From the IMG/VR virus record IMGVR_UViG_3300037743_000151, positions 7,980-71,979 of that record: 64,000 nt of DNA. One strand, written 5' to 3'. Shown one piece after another: positions 43,040-53,007 of the stretch; the first letter of the stretch is position 1; every line of letters begins with the position of its first letter. The DNA comes from a virus. The notes under the pieces were generated by a model. The model was not told where the DNA came from. It saw nothing but the letters and a program-made list of their open reading frames with translations, and did no database searches. The position numbers and the translations under genes are program-made.

Positions 43040-43921
43040 GTGGCCGGAGCACGCCAGATCATCGCGCCGCCGACGTTCACCGCCCTGTCGTACGGGCTGT
43101 GGGACACCATCCAGCACCCCGCCCCGCCGCCGCACTGGCAGCAGGGCGTCACCTGGATCGAGCACTGCCCCACCGCGGACACGACGTACGACGAATGCCT
43201 CGCCGTCACCGGCACCGGGGGCGCACCGCCCGAACCGCCCGCCAAGACCAGCAACGTCGAGCAGACGTTCCGGGGTGCTACCCCGTTCACGGTGTCCGCC
43301 GAGTTCGAATGCTCTCCGGTGGGTGTGGGCGAGGCAGGGTCGGTTGCCGCTGATGCGCTGGCCCGGGTGGAGCAGCAGCAGGTAGAGGCGGCGTTCTGGA
43401 CGGGCACGGCCGGCGGGCAGCCGGTGGTGTTCCCGCATCTTGCGGCGGACGCCGAGGTGCTGGACTCGCAGGACATTGTGCTTCAGCCCGTCGCCTCCCC
43501 AGTTGTGACGGGCGCTGATGTGGCGCATGCGCTTGGTGAGCTGGAGCAGGATCTCGCCGCCTGCTACGCCGGGCAGGGCCTTATTCACGTCCCGCGTCTG
43601 GCGCTGCCCACCCTCGCTGCCGCCTATCTGGTTGTCGAGCGGGACGGGCTGCTGTACACCCCGGCCGGGAACCGGATCGTGGTCGGCGGCGGCTACACCG
43701 GCACCGGCCCCGACGGCGCCGCGCCAGCCGCCGGAACGGCGTGGATCTATGCGACCGGGAGCGCGTTCGGTTACCGCAGTGACGTGTTCTTCACCGAGGT
43801 CCGCGACTCCCTGGACCGGTCCGCGAACACCATCCGCATGATCGCCGAGCGCACCTACGTACTCGGCTTCGAGTGCTGCTTGCTGGCGGCGCACATCGTC
43901 CTGGGCGTGCCCACCGAGTAG
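43040..43921 (+). CDS. Structural protein, function unknown
   Basis: 293 aa, directly after the capsid gene. Confidence 0.5.
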   Translation: MAGARQIIAPPTFTALSYGLWDTIQHPAPPPHWQQGVTWIEHCPTADTTYDECLAVTGTGGAPPEPPAKTSNVEQTFRGATPFTVSAEFECSPVGVGEAGSVAADALARVEQQQVEAAFWTGTAGGQPVVFPHLAADAEVLDSQDIVLQPVASPVVTGADVAHALGELEQDLAACYAGQGLIHVPRLALPTLAAAYLVVERDGLLYTPAGNRIVVGGGYTGTGPDGAAPAAGTAWIYATGSAFGYRSDVFFTEVRDSLDRSANTIRMIAERTYVLGFECCLLAAHIVLGVPTE

Positions 43922-43933
43922 GAGTAGATCACC

Positions 43934-44611
43934 ATGGCAGCTACGTCGACGTGTGCAACTCCCATCAAGGGCACGCACATGCGGATCATCGAACTCGACG
44001 CGTGCGGGGTGCCGGTCACCGGCACTGACGGGATGGTCGGTGTCTCGTCCGGTTTCGTGCAGGTCGAGATGGAACCCGACTACGAGGACGGCGAAGAGTT
44101 CTTCGAGCGGACCGCCTCCGGGCAGCCGTGCGTAAACCAGAAGGACGACCCCACGTTGAAGCGGATGGGGCTGACGGTGCAGATGTGTGAGGTCAACGTC
44201 TCCCTCATCTCGTACATCATCAGCGCCCGCGAACTGGTCACCGGGACACCGACGACGGGCACCGGCTTCGCTGTGGCGGAGGGCAACTCGACAAACCGGT
44301 TCAGCCTGGAGGTGTGGCAGGAAGTCGCAGGGTCCGGGGCGTGTGACGCGTCGGGGAACCAGCGGTACATCTACCACGCGTGGCCCAACGTCGGCGCCAC
44401 CCAGATCGGCTCCTACACCATCGAGAACGGGCGTAGCACGTTCGAGTTCACCTCCGAAACCAGGGGTGCGGGCGCAACGTGGGACACGCTCGTCGGGGAG
44501 GACTTCCTCCCTGCCGGTGAGTCGGTGGACACCGACGAGCATTGGGTGTGGAACGTGACCACGACCGCACCGCCGACCGTGGCGTGCGACCCGACGACGC
44601 TCGCCGCATAG
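43934..44611 (+). CDS. Putative major tail (tube)-like structural protein
   Basis: 225 aa; beta-rich composition. The assignment is tentative. Confidence 0.4.
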   Translation: MAATSTCATPIKGTHMRIIELDACGVPVTGTDGMVGVSSGFVQVEMEPDYEDGEEFFERTASGQPCVNQKDDPTLKRMGLTVQMCEVNVSLISYIISARELVTGTPTTGTGFAVAEGNSTNRFSLEVWQEVAGSGACDASGNQRYIYHAWPNVGATQIGSYTIENGRSTFEFTSETRGAGATWDTLVGEDFLPAGESVDTDEHWVWNVTTTAPPTVACDPTTLAA

Positions 44612-44621
44612 GCCGCACGCC

Positions 44622-45155
44622 GTGGCAATGACCCTGCTCCAGGCACACAGCGCGGTCCCCGATGCCCACGGAGACCGCGCTTACGCCGACGCGAAATTCG
44701 TACCCCTCGAAGGGGACGTCATCAGCAAGACACGCACCGTGGACAAGCCCACAGACGAACCCAGAACATCGACCACCCTGGAAGACGACACCAGCCTGAC
44801 AGTTGAGGTCGCCGCAAATGCCAGGTACGCCGTGGACGCCTTCCTCATCGTCGACGGTGACCCCGAGGCGGCCATGAGTCTGACGTTCACGGCCCCGTCC
44901 GACGCCTCGGGTTCGTGGACCCCTATGGCACCGACAACGGCCGGGGGGGCGGAAATCCAACTGAAGCCCCTCTCCTTCGGTGAGGGCGCCACCGTCGGCG
45001 TCACCACCGAAGGCGTGATCATTCCCCCGCGGGGCTCCCTCGCCACCGGTGCCACCGCAGGAGCGTTCACACTCCGATGGGCGCCGGCCACCACACCCGC
45101 CGGGCCGCTTACCTTGCAGGCCGGGTCCTGGCTGCTGCTGACACGTACGGGGTGA
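44622..45155 (+). CDS. Structural protein (beta-sandwich-like), function unknown
   Basis: ORF with GTG 44622 or ATG 44628 as start. Confidence 0.5.
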   Translation: MAMTLLQAHSAVPDAHGDRAYADAKFVPLEGDVISKTRTVDKPTDEPRTSTTLEDDTSLTVEVAANARYAVDAFLIVDGDPEAAMSLTFTAPSDASGSWTPMAPTTAGGAEIQLKPLSFGEGATVGVTTEGVIIPPRGSLATGATAGAFTLRWAPATTPAGPLTLQAGSWLLLTRTG

Positions 45156-45161
45156 GGCGGC

Positions 45162-46340
45162 ATGCCTCTGGCGCAGTACACCGACACCTTCTGGTTCCCC
45201 AACGGCAGTCCTGCGGTGAACATTGCTGTCCAGGTGTTTCCGCGCAACTCCAGCATCCCGGCCACTTTGTACACCGACGCCACCGGTACCACCCAGATTG
45301 TCAGCCCTGCCACCTCCGGCACTGGCGGGCTGTCGTTCTGGGCCGAGTCGGGCGACTACTGGGTGCACCTGGACACCGAAACTTTCGATGTCACGGTGGG
45401 TATGTCGCAGGAGCAGGCCGACCTGTCCACTGGTGTTGCGTCCGGCGGTGAGATCTCCGTCAATGCCCTGAACCCGTCTGCGGTGGACATCACTGAGATG
45501 GATGGCTACATCGTCGACTACATCGCAGGCAACCAGGCAGAACCGGTGATCACGCGGGTGAAGACGCCTGCGCAGACGATCCCGATGGATGCTGCCGCAC
45601 TGGCGAGGGCGGTGACGTGGTGGGTTGCCGACAGTGGCGGGAACATCATCCAGCAGGCAGGCAAGCCCGATCCGGTGCAGCGCCGCACGCACATCATGCT
45701 GGGTGTGACCGCGCATACCGGTGGTGTGATCGGTGTGGATCAGACGCTGCCGGTGATCCTGCCGTGGGTGGGTAATCAGCTCGTCGACTTGATGGAGGCG
45801 TTGGGGCCGTTCAGCGTTTCCGGGAACGTGATCACCGCGAACGGTGCGAACCTGATGCTGAACCACAGTGCGGGCACGATGTTCGCCCGTGCTTTCAACC
45901 ACTACTCCAGCGGTGTCCTCACCCGCAACCCGCATATTTCGACGACGCAGGCGCAGACGCCGGCCACTTTCATTCAGATCACCGGTTCGGCGACCACCGC
46001 GCCAGCGTTGACGCAGACGGTCGATGTCGCGAACTGGGACAACGCTGGGGTGATCACTCCAGTGGGTGGGGGTACCAACGCTTCAACCATCCTGCGCGTT
46101 TTCCTGTTCGCCAACAACAACATCAACTTTCAGTTGATCATCCAGTACGGGCAGGCCACCTACAGCAGCCTCTCTGCTGCGGTGAACGCGATCGGCGCGG
46201 CGCCGTTCGTGGTCAACCCGACTTTCAACCCGGGCACCGGCACTTTGATCGCGTGGATTGCCGTGACCCGCACGGCAACCAACCTGTCCGACATCACGCA
46301 GGCCGTGATTGTGACGGCCCCCAAATTCGCGACACCCTAG
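45162..46340 (+). CDS. Fiber or minor-tail-like structural protein
   Basis: 392 aa, Thr/Ala/Gly/Asn-rich, with an N-terminal Ig-like pattern (VNIAVQVFPRNSSIPATLYTDATG). Confidence 0.5.
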   Translation: MPLAQYTDTFWFPNGSPAVNIAVQVFPRNSSIPATLYTDATGTTQIVSPATSGTGGLSFWAESGDYWVHLDTETFDVTVGMSQEQADLSTGVASGGEISVNALNPSAVDITEMDGYIVDYIAGNQAEPVITRVKTPAQTIPMDAAALARAVTWWVADSGGNIIQQAGKPDPVQRRTHIMLGVTAHTGGVIGVDQTLPVILPWVGNQLVDLMEALGPFSVSGNVITANGANLMLNHSAGTMFARAFNHYSSGVLTRNPHISTTQAQTPATFIQITGSATTAPALTQTVDVANWDNAGVITPVGGGTNASTILRVFLFANNNINFQLIIQYGQATYSSLSAAVNAIGAAPFVVNPTFNPGTGTLIAWIAVTRTATNLSDITQAVIVTAPKFATP

Positions 46341-46349
46341 GAGGCTGCG

Positions 46350-47189
46350 ATGCCGGTCATCAACCCGACGCCGCAGGCCACCCCTAGCGGCAGTGGCGGC
46401 ACTACCGGGCCGTGCGCGGACTGGCCGGTGACGTGGACCTGCGACGTGACCACCCTGAATCCGGCCGTGACCGGGCTCGCCGTGTCGATGGCGACGGAAA
46501 CCCTGTGGGCGCTGACCGGAATGCGGTTCGGAACCTGCGAAATCACACTCCGGCCGTGCGCCCGCTCATGCGACGACGGCCGCTTCTATGACGACTTCGG
46601 GCCCCCGTGGGAAGGCGGCCGCTCCTACCCCCAGCCCGCCCTCATCGGCGGCCTCTGGTTCAACCTCACCTGCGGCTCCTGCGGCGGGAACTGCTCCTGC
46701 TCCACCGTGTCCGAGGTGCTGCTGCCGGCGCCGGTCCACACGATCGTGGAAGTGCTGATCGATGGGACGCCGATGGCGAGCGGCGCCTACCGGGTGGACA
46801 ACCACCGGCTGCTGGTGCGCACGGACGGCGGTGTGTGGCCGCGCTGCAACGACCTGTCGAAGGAGGACACGGAGGAAGGGACTTGGAGCGTCACAGCAAC
46901 GTACGGTGAGGCACTACCGGACGGGGCGTCCCTGGCTGTGGGCCAGTTGGCGTGTGAGATCGCGAAGGCTGCGGCGGGTGGGGACTGCAAGCTGCCTGCC
47001 GGTCTTCAGCAGTTGGTGCGGCAGGGTGTGACGATCTCCTATCCGGATGTGGGGGAGTTGTTCCGGCAGGGCCGCACGGGCTTGTATCTGGTGGACATGC
47101 TCGTGTCGACGTGGAATCCGTATGGGTTGCGGCAACGCTCGCGGGTGTACTCCGTGGACCGGCCGTCGGTGCGTAGGGCGGGGACCTGA
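46350..47189 (+). CDS. Head-to-tail adaptor/connector-like protein (Cys-rich)
   Basis: AGGAGG SD; position in the head-tail joining block. Confidence 0.5.
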   Translation: MPVINPTPQATPSGSGGTTGPCADWPVTWTCDVTTLNPAVTGLAVSMATETLWALTGMRFGTCEITLRPCARSCDDGRFYDDFGPPWEGGRSYPQPALIGGLWFNLTCGSCGGNCSCSTVSEVLLPAPVHTIVEVLIDGTPMASGAYRVDNHRLLVRTDGGVWPRCNDLSKEDTEEGTWSVTATYGEALPDGASLAVGQLACEIAKAAAGGDCKLPAGLQQLVRQGVTISYPDVGELFRQGRTGLYLVDMLVSTWNPYGLRQRSRVYSVDRPSVRRAGT

Positions 47190-47191
47190 CC

Positions 47192-47698
47192 ATGCCGATG
47201 ATCTCCGGCCCGTTGAAGTGGTACACCGTCGCCTCCATCATCGAGCAGGCCGTATACGCCAAACTCACCACCAAGCCCGACCGCCACAGCGTGGTGCCGG
47301 GTGCGATCGCCTGGGATGAGTGCGACTGCGGACTCCTCGCCGTCAGCGCGGCCCGGATCTTCCTCAGCGAGACGTTCCCCGACGAACTGTCGCGCCGTAT
47401 CGGCAACGCCTGCGACGCACCCTACGAGGTCGCTGAGGTCGTCATCCAAGTCGTGCGGTGCGCGCCGAACCCGGACGACCCGCTGACCGCTCCCACGACA
47501 GCCGAACTGGACGCCTCCGCACAAGAGGTGCTGCGGGACGCGGACGAGATGCTGAAGGGCACCTCGGTGAATCTGTGCGAGATGAACCGGGACCGGGACA
47601 TCGCCGACTTCATGGTGCGCCCGCTGACCGCGCAGGGCCCGTCGGGTGGCTGCGTCGGCAACGAGCTGCGGGCGTACGTCGCCCTCGGCCGGAACTGA
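47192..47698 (+). CDS. Head-tail joining protein (putative)
   Basis: Position and size. Confidence 0.45.
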   Translation: MPMISGPLKWYTVASIIEQAVYAKLTTKPDRHSVVPGAIAWDECDCGLLAVSAARIFLSETFPDELSRRIGNACDAPYEVAEVVIQVVRCAPNPDDPLTAPTTAELDASAQEVLRDADEMLKGTSVNLCEMNRDRDIADFMVRPLTAQGPSGGCVGNELRAYVALGRN

Positions 47699-47712
47699 CC
47701 GGGAGGCCGCCC

Positions 47713-48105
47713 ATGTTCACGGTGTCCACGAGCTTCAATCTCGACCGCACCCGCATACAGCGGATGCTGCGTCTGCCGGGCGGCATCGTCTACCGCGACA
47801 TGGAACGCAGGCTGCGCCGTGTCGAAACCGAAGCGATCCGCCGCGCGCCCGGAAGCATGGGCTCCACCATCCGGGCGCAGATCCGCCGCGGTCCGGGCGG
47901 CGACTTCCAGGGCGTCATCCGGGTGAACCACCCAGCCGCCATCTTCGTTACTGGAGGAACTCGCCCTCACCGCATCACTCCCCGCAGGCAGGGCGGTGTG
48001 CTGCGGTTCACGGTAAACGGGCAGGTCGTGTACGCGAGGTACGTCAACCACCCTGGTACAAAACCGAACGATTTTTTGAGGCAGGCGCTGAGGGCGGCTC
48101 TCTAA
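47713..48105 (+). CDS. HK97 gp10-like head-tail or tail-completion protein
   Basis: In-frame ATG 47713. HPAAIFVTGGTRPHRITPR...YARYVNHPGTKPNDFL. Confidence 0.55.
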   Translation: MFTVSTSFNLDRTRIQRMLRLPGGIVYRDMERRLRRVETEAIRRAPGSMGSTIRAQIRRGPGGDFQGVIRVNHPAAIFVTGGTRPHRITPRRQGGVLRFTVNGQVVYARYVNHPGTKPNDFLRQALRAAL

Positions 48106-48109
48106 CCGC

Positions 48110-48120
48110 CCGGAATGATC
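48110..48120 (+). promoter_or_regulatory. CCGGAATGATC motif, copy 4
   Basis: Exact 11-mer, 29 nt before ATG 48149. Confidence 0.6.
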
Positions 48121-48148
48121 ATGCCCGGGGGCGACCTACCGTCCCACC

Positions 48149-48598
48149 ATGACCGAGCCCACCACCAGCGAGCCGCCCGTCAAGGACTTCAGCCGCCAAC
48201 GCAAGCGGCTCCAGTTCCGCATCGACGACGACCTGTTCGAAGCCGCCCGCGCACTGCCCGGCAAAACCCTCGCACGATTCGCCGCCCGCTTCGCCGACAT
48301 CGAGAACACCCCCGTCACGCAGCAGCTCGACATCTTCGCCGAAGCCCTCAGCATGGTCCTCCTCCCCGAGTCCAACGCCCGCTTCCAAAAGCGACTGGAC
48401 GACCTGGAACAGCCCATCGAACTGGAGCAGGCCAGCGACGTCATCACCTGGCTCCTGGAGGAGTACGGCCTGCGCCCTACCGAGCCGTCCTCGGAATCGT
48501 CCAGTGGGCCGTCCAGCCCGGCATCTGGCACGAACTCGACGGGCGTGCAGCAGCCGCAGGCTTCGATCCCGGCGACCTTCCAGCCGACCGCTTCCTGA
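48149..48598 (+). CDS. Tail assembly chaperone (G-like)
   Basis: Lies directly upstream of the tape measure gene. The Ser-rich tail suggests the productive frame switches. Confidence 0.65.
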   Translation: MTEPTTSEPPVKDFSRQRKRLQFRIDDDLFEAARALPGKTLARFAARFADIENTPVTQQLDIFAEALSMVLLPESNARFQKRLDDLEQPIELEQASDVITWLLEEYGLRPTEPSSESSSGPSSPASGTNSTGVQQPQASIPATFQPTAS

Positions 48599-48825
48599 AC
48601 TGGATTTACGCCGAAATGGTCCAGCGCCTCAGCGTCCGCGAGAACGAAAAGCCCGAGACCGCCCGCCGGCGGTTCGACGGGCAACTCAGCGTGCGCGCAT
48701 GGACCACCCCCGGCACAGAAGACAAGACGCCTGAGCCGCGTGATTCCAGGGCCCCGTATTGGTGGGACGGCGACGAGGACGCCAGCCAGTCCTTCCTCAC
48801 CGCAATGGGGGTGACCCTCACGTGA
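48149..48825 (+). CDS. Tail assembly chaperone, -1 frameshift-extended isoform (GT-like; candidate)
   Basis: The -1 frame is open through 48825 with protein-like sequence from about 48480 (VLGIVQWAVQPGIWHELDG...). It ends by overlapping the tape measure start. No slippery site was identified. Confidence 0.45.
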
Positions 48826-51602
48826 GCACCCCCGCAGGCGGCGGCCTCCTCGGCGATGCGACTATCCGCGTCGACGCCAACACCGACCCCGCGATCCTCG
48901 CCCTCAACGGTTTCTCCCGCGACGCACAGGGCCGCATCCGAGACGTCCGCGGCCGGTTCGTTGCCGACGGCACCGTCATCACCCGCTCCCTCACCACCGC
49001 GGCCGGAGGCGGCAACCGCTTCAGCGCCAGCCTGCGCGGCCTGACCAGCATCGCCGGGAGCGCCGGCGCGGTCCTCGGCAGGGTGGGTCTCGGTCTTGGG
49101 GCCGTGGGCGCGGCGGCCGGAACAGCGGCGCCCCTGCTCGCCGGGATCGTCACCACCTTGCAGAACGTTGCCCCCGCCGGCGCGGTCGCGGTCACCGGAA
49201 TGCTGGCCGTGACGCAGGCCTCTGCCGCCATCAAGCTGGGCATGGTCGGCGTGCAGGACGCTGTCACCGCCGCGTTCGACACGTCGGAGGACGGGGCGAA
49301 AAAGTTCGACGAGGCTTTGAAGAAGCTCGCGCCCAACGCGCGCGCGTTCGCCGTCCAGGTCCGAGAGTTGCAGCCCGCGTTCCAAAAGTTGCAGCAGGGC
49401 GTTCAGAACCGGCTGTTCGCCGGGTTCGCCACCGAACTTGAGCGACTGTCCACCAGCGCCCTGCCAGTGTTCCGCGCCAACCTCAACAACACCGCCACCA
49501 TCCTCAACAGGATGGCCCTCGGCGCAGGCAGCGCGGCCCGCACGCTGGCCACGAACGGCACCCTCGGCAAAGCCATGGCCGGAGCCAACACCGGTCTGTC
49601 GAACCTGCGGACGATCCCCGGGCAGGTCGTCACCGCGCTCGGCCAGCTCGCTGCGGCGGGCTCTCCGGCATTCGACAGGCTGACTGCCAGGGCTGCGTCG
49701 GCGGCTACGACGATCACCGAGAAGCTGTCGACGGCGTTCAAATCCGGGGCGCTACAGAACGCTGTCGATACGGCGATCGGCCTGCTGAAAGATTTGGGCA
49801 CCGTAGCCGCGAACGTGTTCTCCGCTCTCGGCAACATCATGGCGCCGGTCCAGGCAGCGGGCGGCGGCCTGATCGGCACGCTGGTGCAGATCACGGGCGC
49901 CCTCAAGTCGGCGACGGGCACTGAGCAGTTCCAGGCTGCGATCAGTTCGCTGGCCAACGTCATGGGTACTTTGGCCCGCACCGTGGGTCCGCTACTCGGG
50001 CAGGCGCTGGCCAGCGTCGCCCCGATCTTTATCGCACTCGGTCCACCCGTTCAGCGCTTGATCGAAAACTTGGGGGCCGGGCTTTCACCAATCATCGTCG
50101 GGCTCGGTCCCGTCCTGGCGGCTGCGGCGGATGCCTTCGGGATCCTCATCGACGCCGTGTCACCTTTGCTGCCGATCGCCGGGGATCTGATTGCGTCACT
50201 GCTGCCCCCCCTGGTGCCGCTTCTGACTGCCGTCGGCGACGCCTTCGCCCAGGCCGGGCCTGTCGTTCAAATCCTCGGCAACGCCTTGCAGTCCGCCCTT
50301 CAGCCCGTCCTGGCGAAACTGCCTTCCCTGGTCGCGCCGTTGGCTGAGCACTTCTCGACAATGGCGTCGGAGGTCTTCCCGGTCCTCGCCGAGACCGCTA
50401 TCGCCCTGGCCCCCTCCCTCCTCCAAATAGGGCAGGCGTTCGGGGATGTCCTGGTGGCGTCCGGTCCCCTCATCGCCGCCCTGTCCCAACTCACCGTGCA
50501 ACTCCTGCCCGCGCTCCTGCCGCTGCTCACCCCGCTGATCAACACCGTCGTTGCCCTGGCGTCCGCACTCGCGGGCCAGCTTGCCTCCACCATGACCAAC
50601 CTGGTAGTGCCCGCCCTCCAGCTCGTCACCAATCTCCTGCGCGGCGACTTCTCCGCAGCCTGGACTTCCCTGAAAACGCTGGTCGCCGGCGTCGCGGCAC
50701 ACTTCACTGGCACCCTGTCGAGGATCGCCGGCGTGGTCGGGTCCATCCTGCGCGGCATCGTCGACCGCTTCACGTGGCTGTACAACGTCCTCATCGGGAA
50801 CAGCATCATCCCCGACCTGGTGCGCGGCATCGTGTCCTGGTTCGGCCGTCTGGCCAGCATGATCCTGGCCCCTCTGGAGCGTTTCCGGTCCTTCGTCGTC
50901 GCCAGGTTCACCGCAGTTGTGAACTGGGCTCGCGGGTTCCCCGGCCGCATGGTGTCCGCTCTGGCCGCGCTCGGTGGCCAACTCGCGTCGCTCGCCGGCA
51001 GCGCCCTGTCCCGTTTCCGTAACGCCGTCGTCTCGGGCGGCAACTCGGCAGTCTCGTGGATACGCGGCCTGCCCGGCCGTGCGCTGAGCGCGCTCGGCAA
51101 CCTCAGCGGCTACTTGGTCAGCTCCGGACGTTCACTGATCAGTGGTTTCGTCCAGGGCATCCTGAGCAAGATCGGGGATGTGACGAGCGCGGTCGGCAGC
51201 GTCGTCAGCAAGGCCCGCGATCTTCTTCCCTTCAGCCCCGCGAAGGAAGGCCCCTTCTCGGGACGCGGATGGACGCTCTACTCCGGGCGTGCGATCAGTG
51301 AGTCCATCGCAGAAGGCTTGGTGCAGCGGGCGGCTTTGGTGCAGCGGGCTGCGGCTGCGGTGGCACAGTCGGCGCGGGATGCGGTCGCATTGCCGATGGC
51401 GGGCAGTTCGGCGTTGTCGGGGCGCTCGGCCGGGGCGTCTCTCGGCGTGAACACCGTGCGGACTGCGGCGGGCGGCGCGCCCACAACAGTGATCCTGAAC
51501 GTGAACCTGACCAATGCCGGACTGATCGGTTCGCAGCGGGACCTGAAGAACTGGCTCGTCACCTCAATGGATGAACTGCGCCTGCAAGGACGCCTCCCAT
51601 GA
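48822..51602 (+). CDS. Tape measure protein
   Basis: 926 aa, Ala/Gly/Leu-rich helical repeats. GTGA overlap at 48822. Confidence 0.85.
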   Translation: MSTPAGGGLLGDATIRVDANTDPAILALNGFSRDAQGRIRDVRGRFVADGTVITRSLTTAAGGGNRFSASLRGLTSIAGSAGAVLGRVGLGLGAVGAAAGTAAPLLAGIVTTLQNVAPAGAVAVTGMLAVTQASAAIKLGMVGVQDAVTAAFDTSEDGAKKFDEALKKLAPNARAFAVQVRELQPAFQKLQQGVQNRLFAGFATELERLSTSALPVFRANLNNTATILNRMALGAGSAARTLATNGTLGKAMAGANTGLSNLRTIPGQVVTALGQLAAAGSPAFDRLTARAASAATTITEKLSTAFKSGALQNAVDTAIGLLKDLGTVAANVFSALGNIMAPVQAAGGGLIGTLVQITGALKSATGTEQFQAAISSLANVMGTLARTVGPLLGQALASVAPIFIALGPPVQRLIENLGAGLSPIIVGLGPVLAAAADAFGILIDAVSPLLPIAGDLIASLLPPLVPLLTAVGDAFAQAGPVVQILGNALQSALQPVLAKLPSLVAPLAEHFSTMASEVFPVLAETAIALAPSLLQIGQAFGDVLVASGPLIAALSQLTVQLLPALLPLLTPLINTVVALASALAGQLASTMTNLVVPALQLVTNLLRGDFSAAWTSLKTLVAGVAAHFTGTLSRIAGVVGSILRGIVDRFTWLYNVLIGNSIIPDLVRGIVSWFGRLASMILAPLERFRSFVVARFTAVVNWARGFPGRMVSALAALGGQLASLAGSALSRFRNAVVSGGNSAVSWIRGLPGRALSALGNLSGYLVSSGRSLISGFVQGILSKIGDVTSAVGSVVSKARDLLPFSPAKEGPFSGRGWTLYSGRAISESIAEGLVQRAALVQRAAAAVAQSARDAVALPMAGSSALSGRSAGASLGVNTVRTAAGGAPTTVILNVNLTNAGLIGSQRDLKNWLVTSMDELRLQGRLP

Positions 51603-52381
51603 CCTGGTCCCCGTGCGTCACCGGCACCGCCTACCAGATCGCCGTCGACTGGGCCGCCGACGATGACTTCATCGACCCCTTCGACGACATCACCGCAGAC
51701 ATCCTCGACCGCACCATCAGCATCGCCTACGGCCGCGACCAAAACCGGCAGCTGTCACCCGGCCGCGTCGGTAACGCCGCGTTCGCCCTGTGCAACGTGG
51801 ATCGCCTGTACTCGCCCGAAAACCAGGACAGCAGCCTGTACGGCGACCTCGAACCCGGCCGGGAAACTCGCATCCAGGCCACCTACCAGGGCACCGTCTA
51901 CCCGCTGTTCTACGGGCGCCTCAACGATTTCACCGTCCACCCCGACCGCTCCGACCGCTCCGTTGATTTCACCGCCCTCGACGGCCTGTCCACCCTCCAG
52001 GGCGTCAAAATTTCCACCGCCCTCTACCAGGCCTTGCGCACCGGGGAGATCGTCAACATCATCCTCGACCACGTCGGATGGCCTGCCGGGCGCCGTGACA
52101 TCGACGCCGGCGCCACCTTCACCCACTACTGGTGGGAGGAAGGCACGACCGCCTTCGACGCCATCCAGAACGTGGTCGGCGCCGAGGGGCCGCCGTCGAT
52201 CGCCTACATCGCATCTGACGGCACGTTCACTTTCCGCGACCGGCATCACCGGCTGCTGCGCCCCGCATCGGTGACGTCGCAGGCCACCTTCGCCCAGACA
52301 CCCAGCGCAGCCCAGTGCTGCGACATCACCGGTTACGGCGACGCCGGATACGGCGACTGCGCTTACGGAGGAGGAGCCTGA
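51599..52381 (+). CDS. Distal tail (Dit-like) minor tail protein
   Basis: ATGA overlap after the tape measure gene. Confidence 0.6.
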   Translation: MTWSPCVTGTAYQIAVDWAADDDFIDPFDDITADILDRTISIAYGRDQNRQLSPGRVGNAAFALCNVDRLYSPENQDSSLYGDLEPGRETRIQATYQGTVYPLFYGRLNDFTVHPDRSDRSVDFTALDGLSTLQGVKISTALYQALRTGEIVNIILDHVGWPAGRRDIDAGATFTHYWWEEGTTAFDAIQNVVGAEGPPSIAYIASDGTFTFRDRHHRLLRPASVTSQATFAQTPSAAQCCDITGYGDAGYGDCAYGGGA

Positions 52382-52995
52382 TGATTACGGTGCCCACGAT
52401 TGGGCAATCCGGCTGGGGGCCCGTACTGAACACGGCCCTGACGGACCTGGACACTGCCGCTACGAGCGCGCGTGCCGGATCCAACCCAGCCGATCAGCTG
52501 TTTATCGCCTGGGGCTACGACTCCGAGCACGCCAGTTCCACCAACATCCTCACCTCCGGCACCGTGTACCTGCACAAGCTGTGGCTCCCCGCCGGGTCGA
52601 CGGTGTCCAGCCTCGGCTGGACCATTACTACTGCCGGCGCCACCCTGACCGCCGGGCAGTCGCTGATGGGCCTCTACGACGCTGCCGGAACCCTGCTTGC
52701 GGTCACCGCCGACCAGTCGGGCAGCTGGACTTCCACCGGTTTCAAGAACCCCGCCGTCACTGCTCCACTCGGCATCACCACGTCCGCCTACTACTACGTT
52801 GCGATCCTCTCGGTCGGTACCACGCCACCCACCGGGGCGTCCTCCCCCGGGTTGCAGACCACTTACAACGCGGGCGTGACCGGGGCGGACCTGCGTCACG
52901 CGGTCGGGGCCACCGCGCAGACCACACTGCCCGCGTCGATCACCATGTCAGGCAACACGTCCACCAACGTGTCCACCTGGGCCGTAGCGGTGTAG
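52381..52995 (+). CDS. Minor tail protein
   Basis: In-frame ATG 52381 overlaps the upstream stop by 1 nt. Confidence 0.55.
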   Translation: MITVPTIGQSGWGPVLNTALTDLDTAATSARAGSNPADQLFIAWGYDSEHASSTNILTSGTVYLHKLWLPAGSTVSSLGWTITTAGATLTAGQSLMGLYDAAGTLLAVTADQSGSWTSTGFKNPAVTAPLGITTSAYYYVAILSVGTTPPTGASSPGLQTTYNAGVTGADLRHAVGATAQTTLPASITMSGNTSTNVSTWAVAV

Positions 52996-53007
52996 GGGAG
53001 GCGCCTT

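Noticed and set aside
45018-45028. Reverse-strand near-copy of the late motif (GATCATTCCCC)
   Set aside because: It matches only 9 of 11 positions, lies inside a coding region and is in the opposite orientation, so it is treated as chance.
38972-45935. Very long minus-strand ORFs (38972..41068, 41187..43052, 43004..44542, 44448..45935) opposite the structural genes
   Set aside because: These are antisense artefacts of GC-rich coding DNA. Their composition is dominated by Arg/Gly/Asp/Val, they show no start context, and they overlap the capsid and protease genes completely.
48115-48825. Stand-alone 236-aa ORF starting at the ATG inside motif copy 4
   Set aside because: Its first roughly 120 residues are Arg/Pro/His-rich noise. 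Only the distal part is protein-like, which fits a -1 frameshift extension of the chaperone better.
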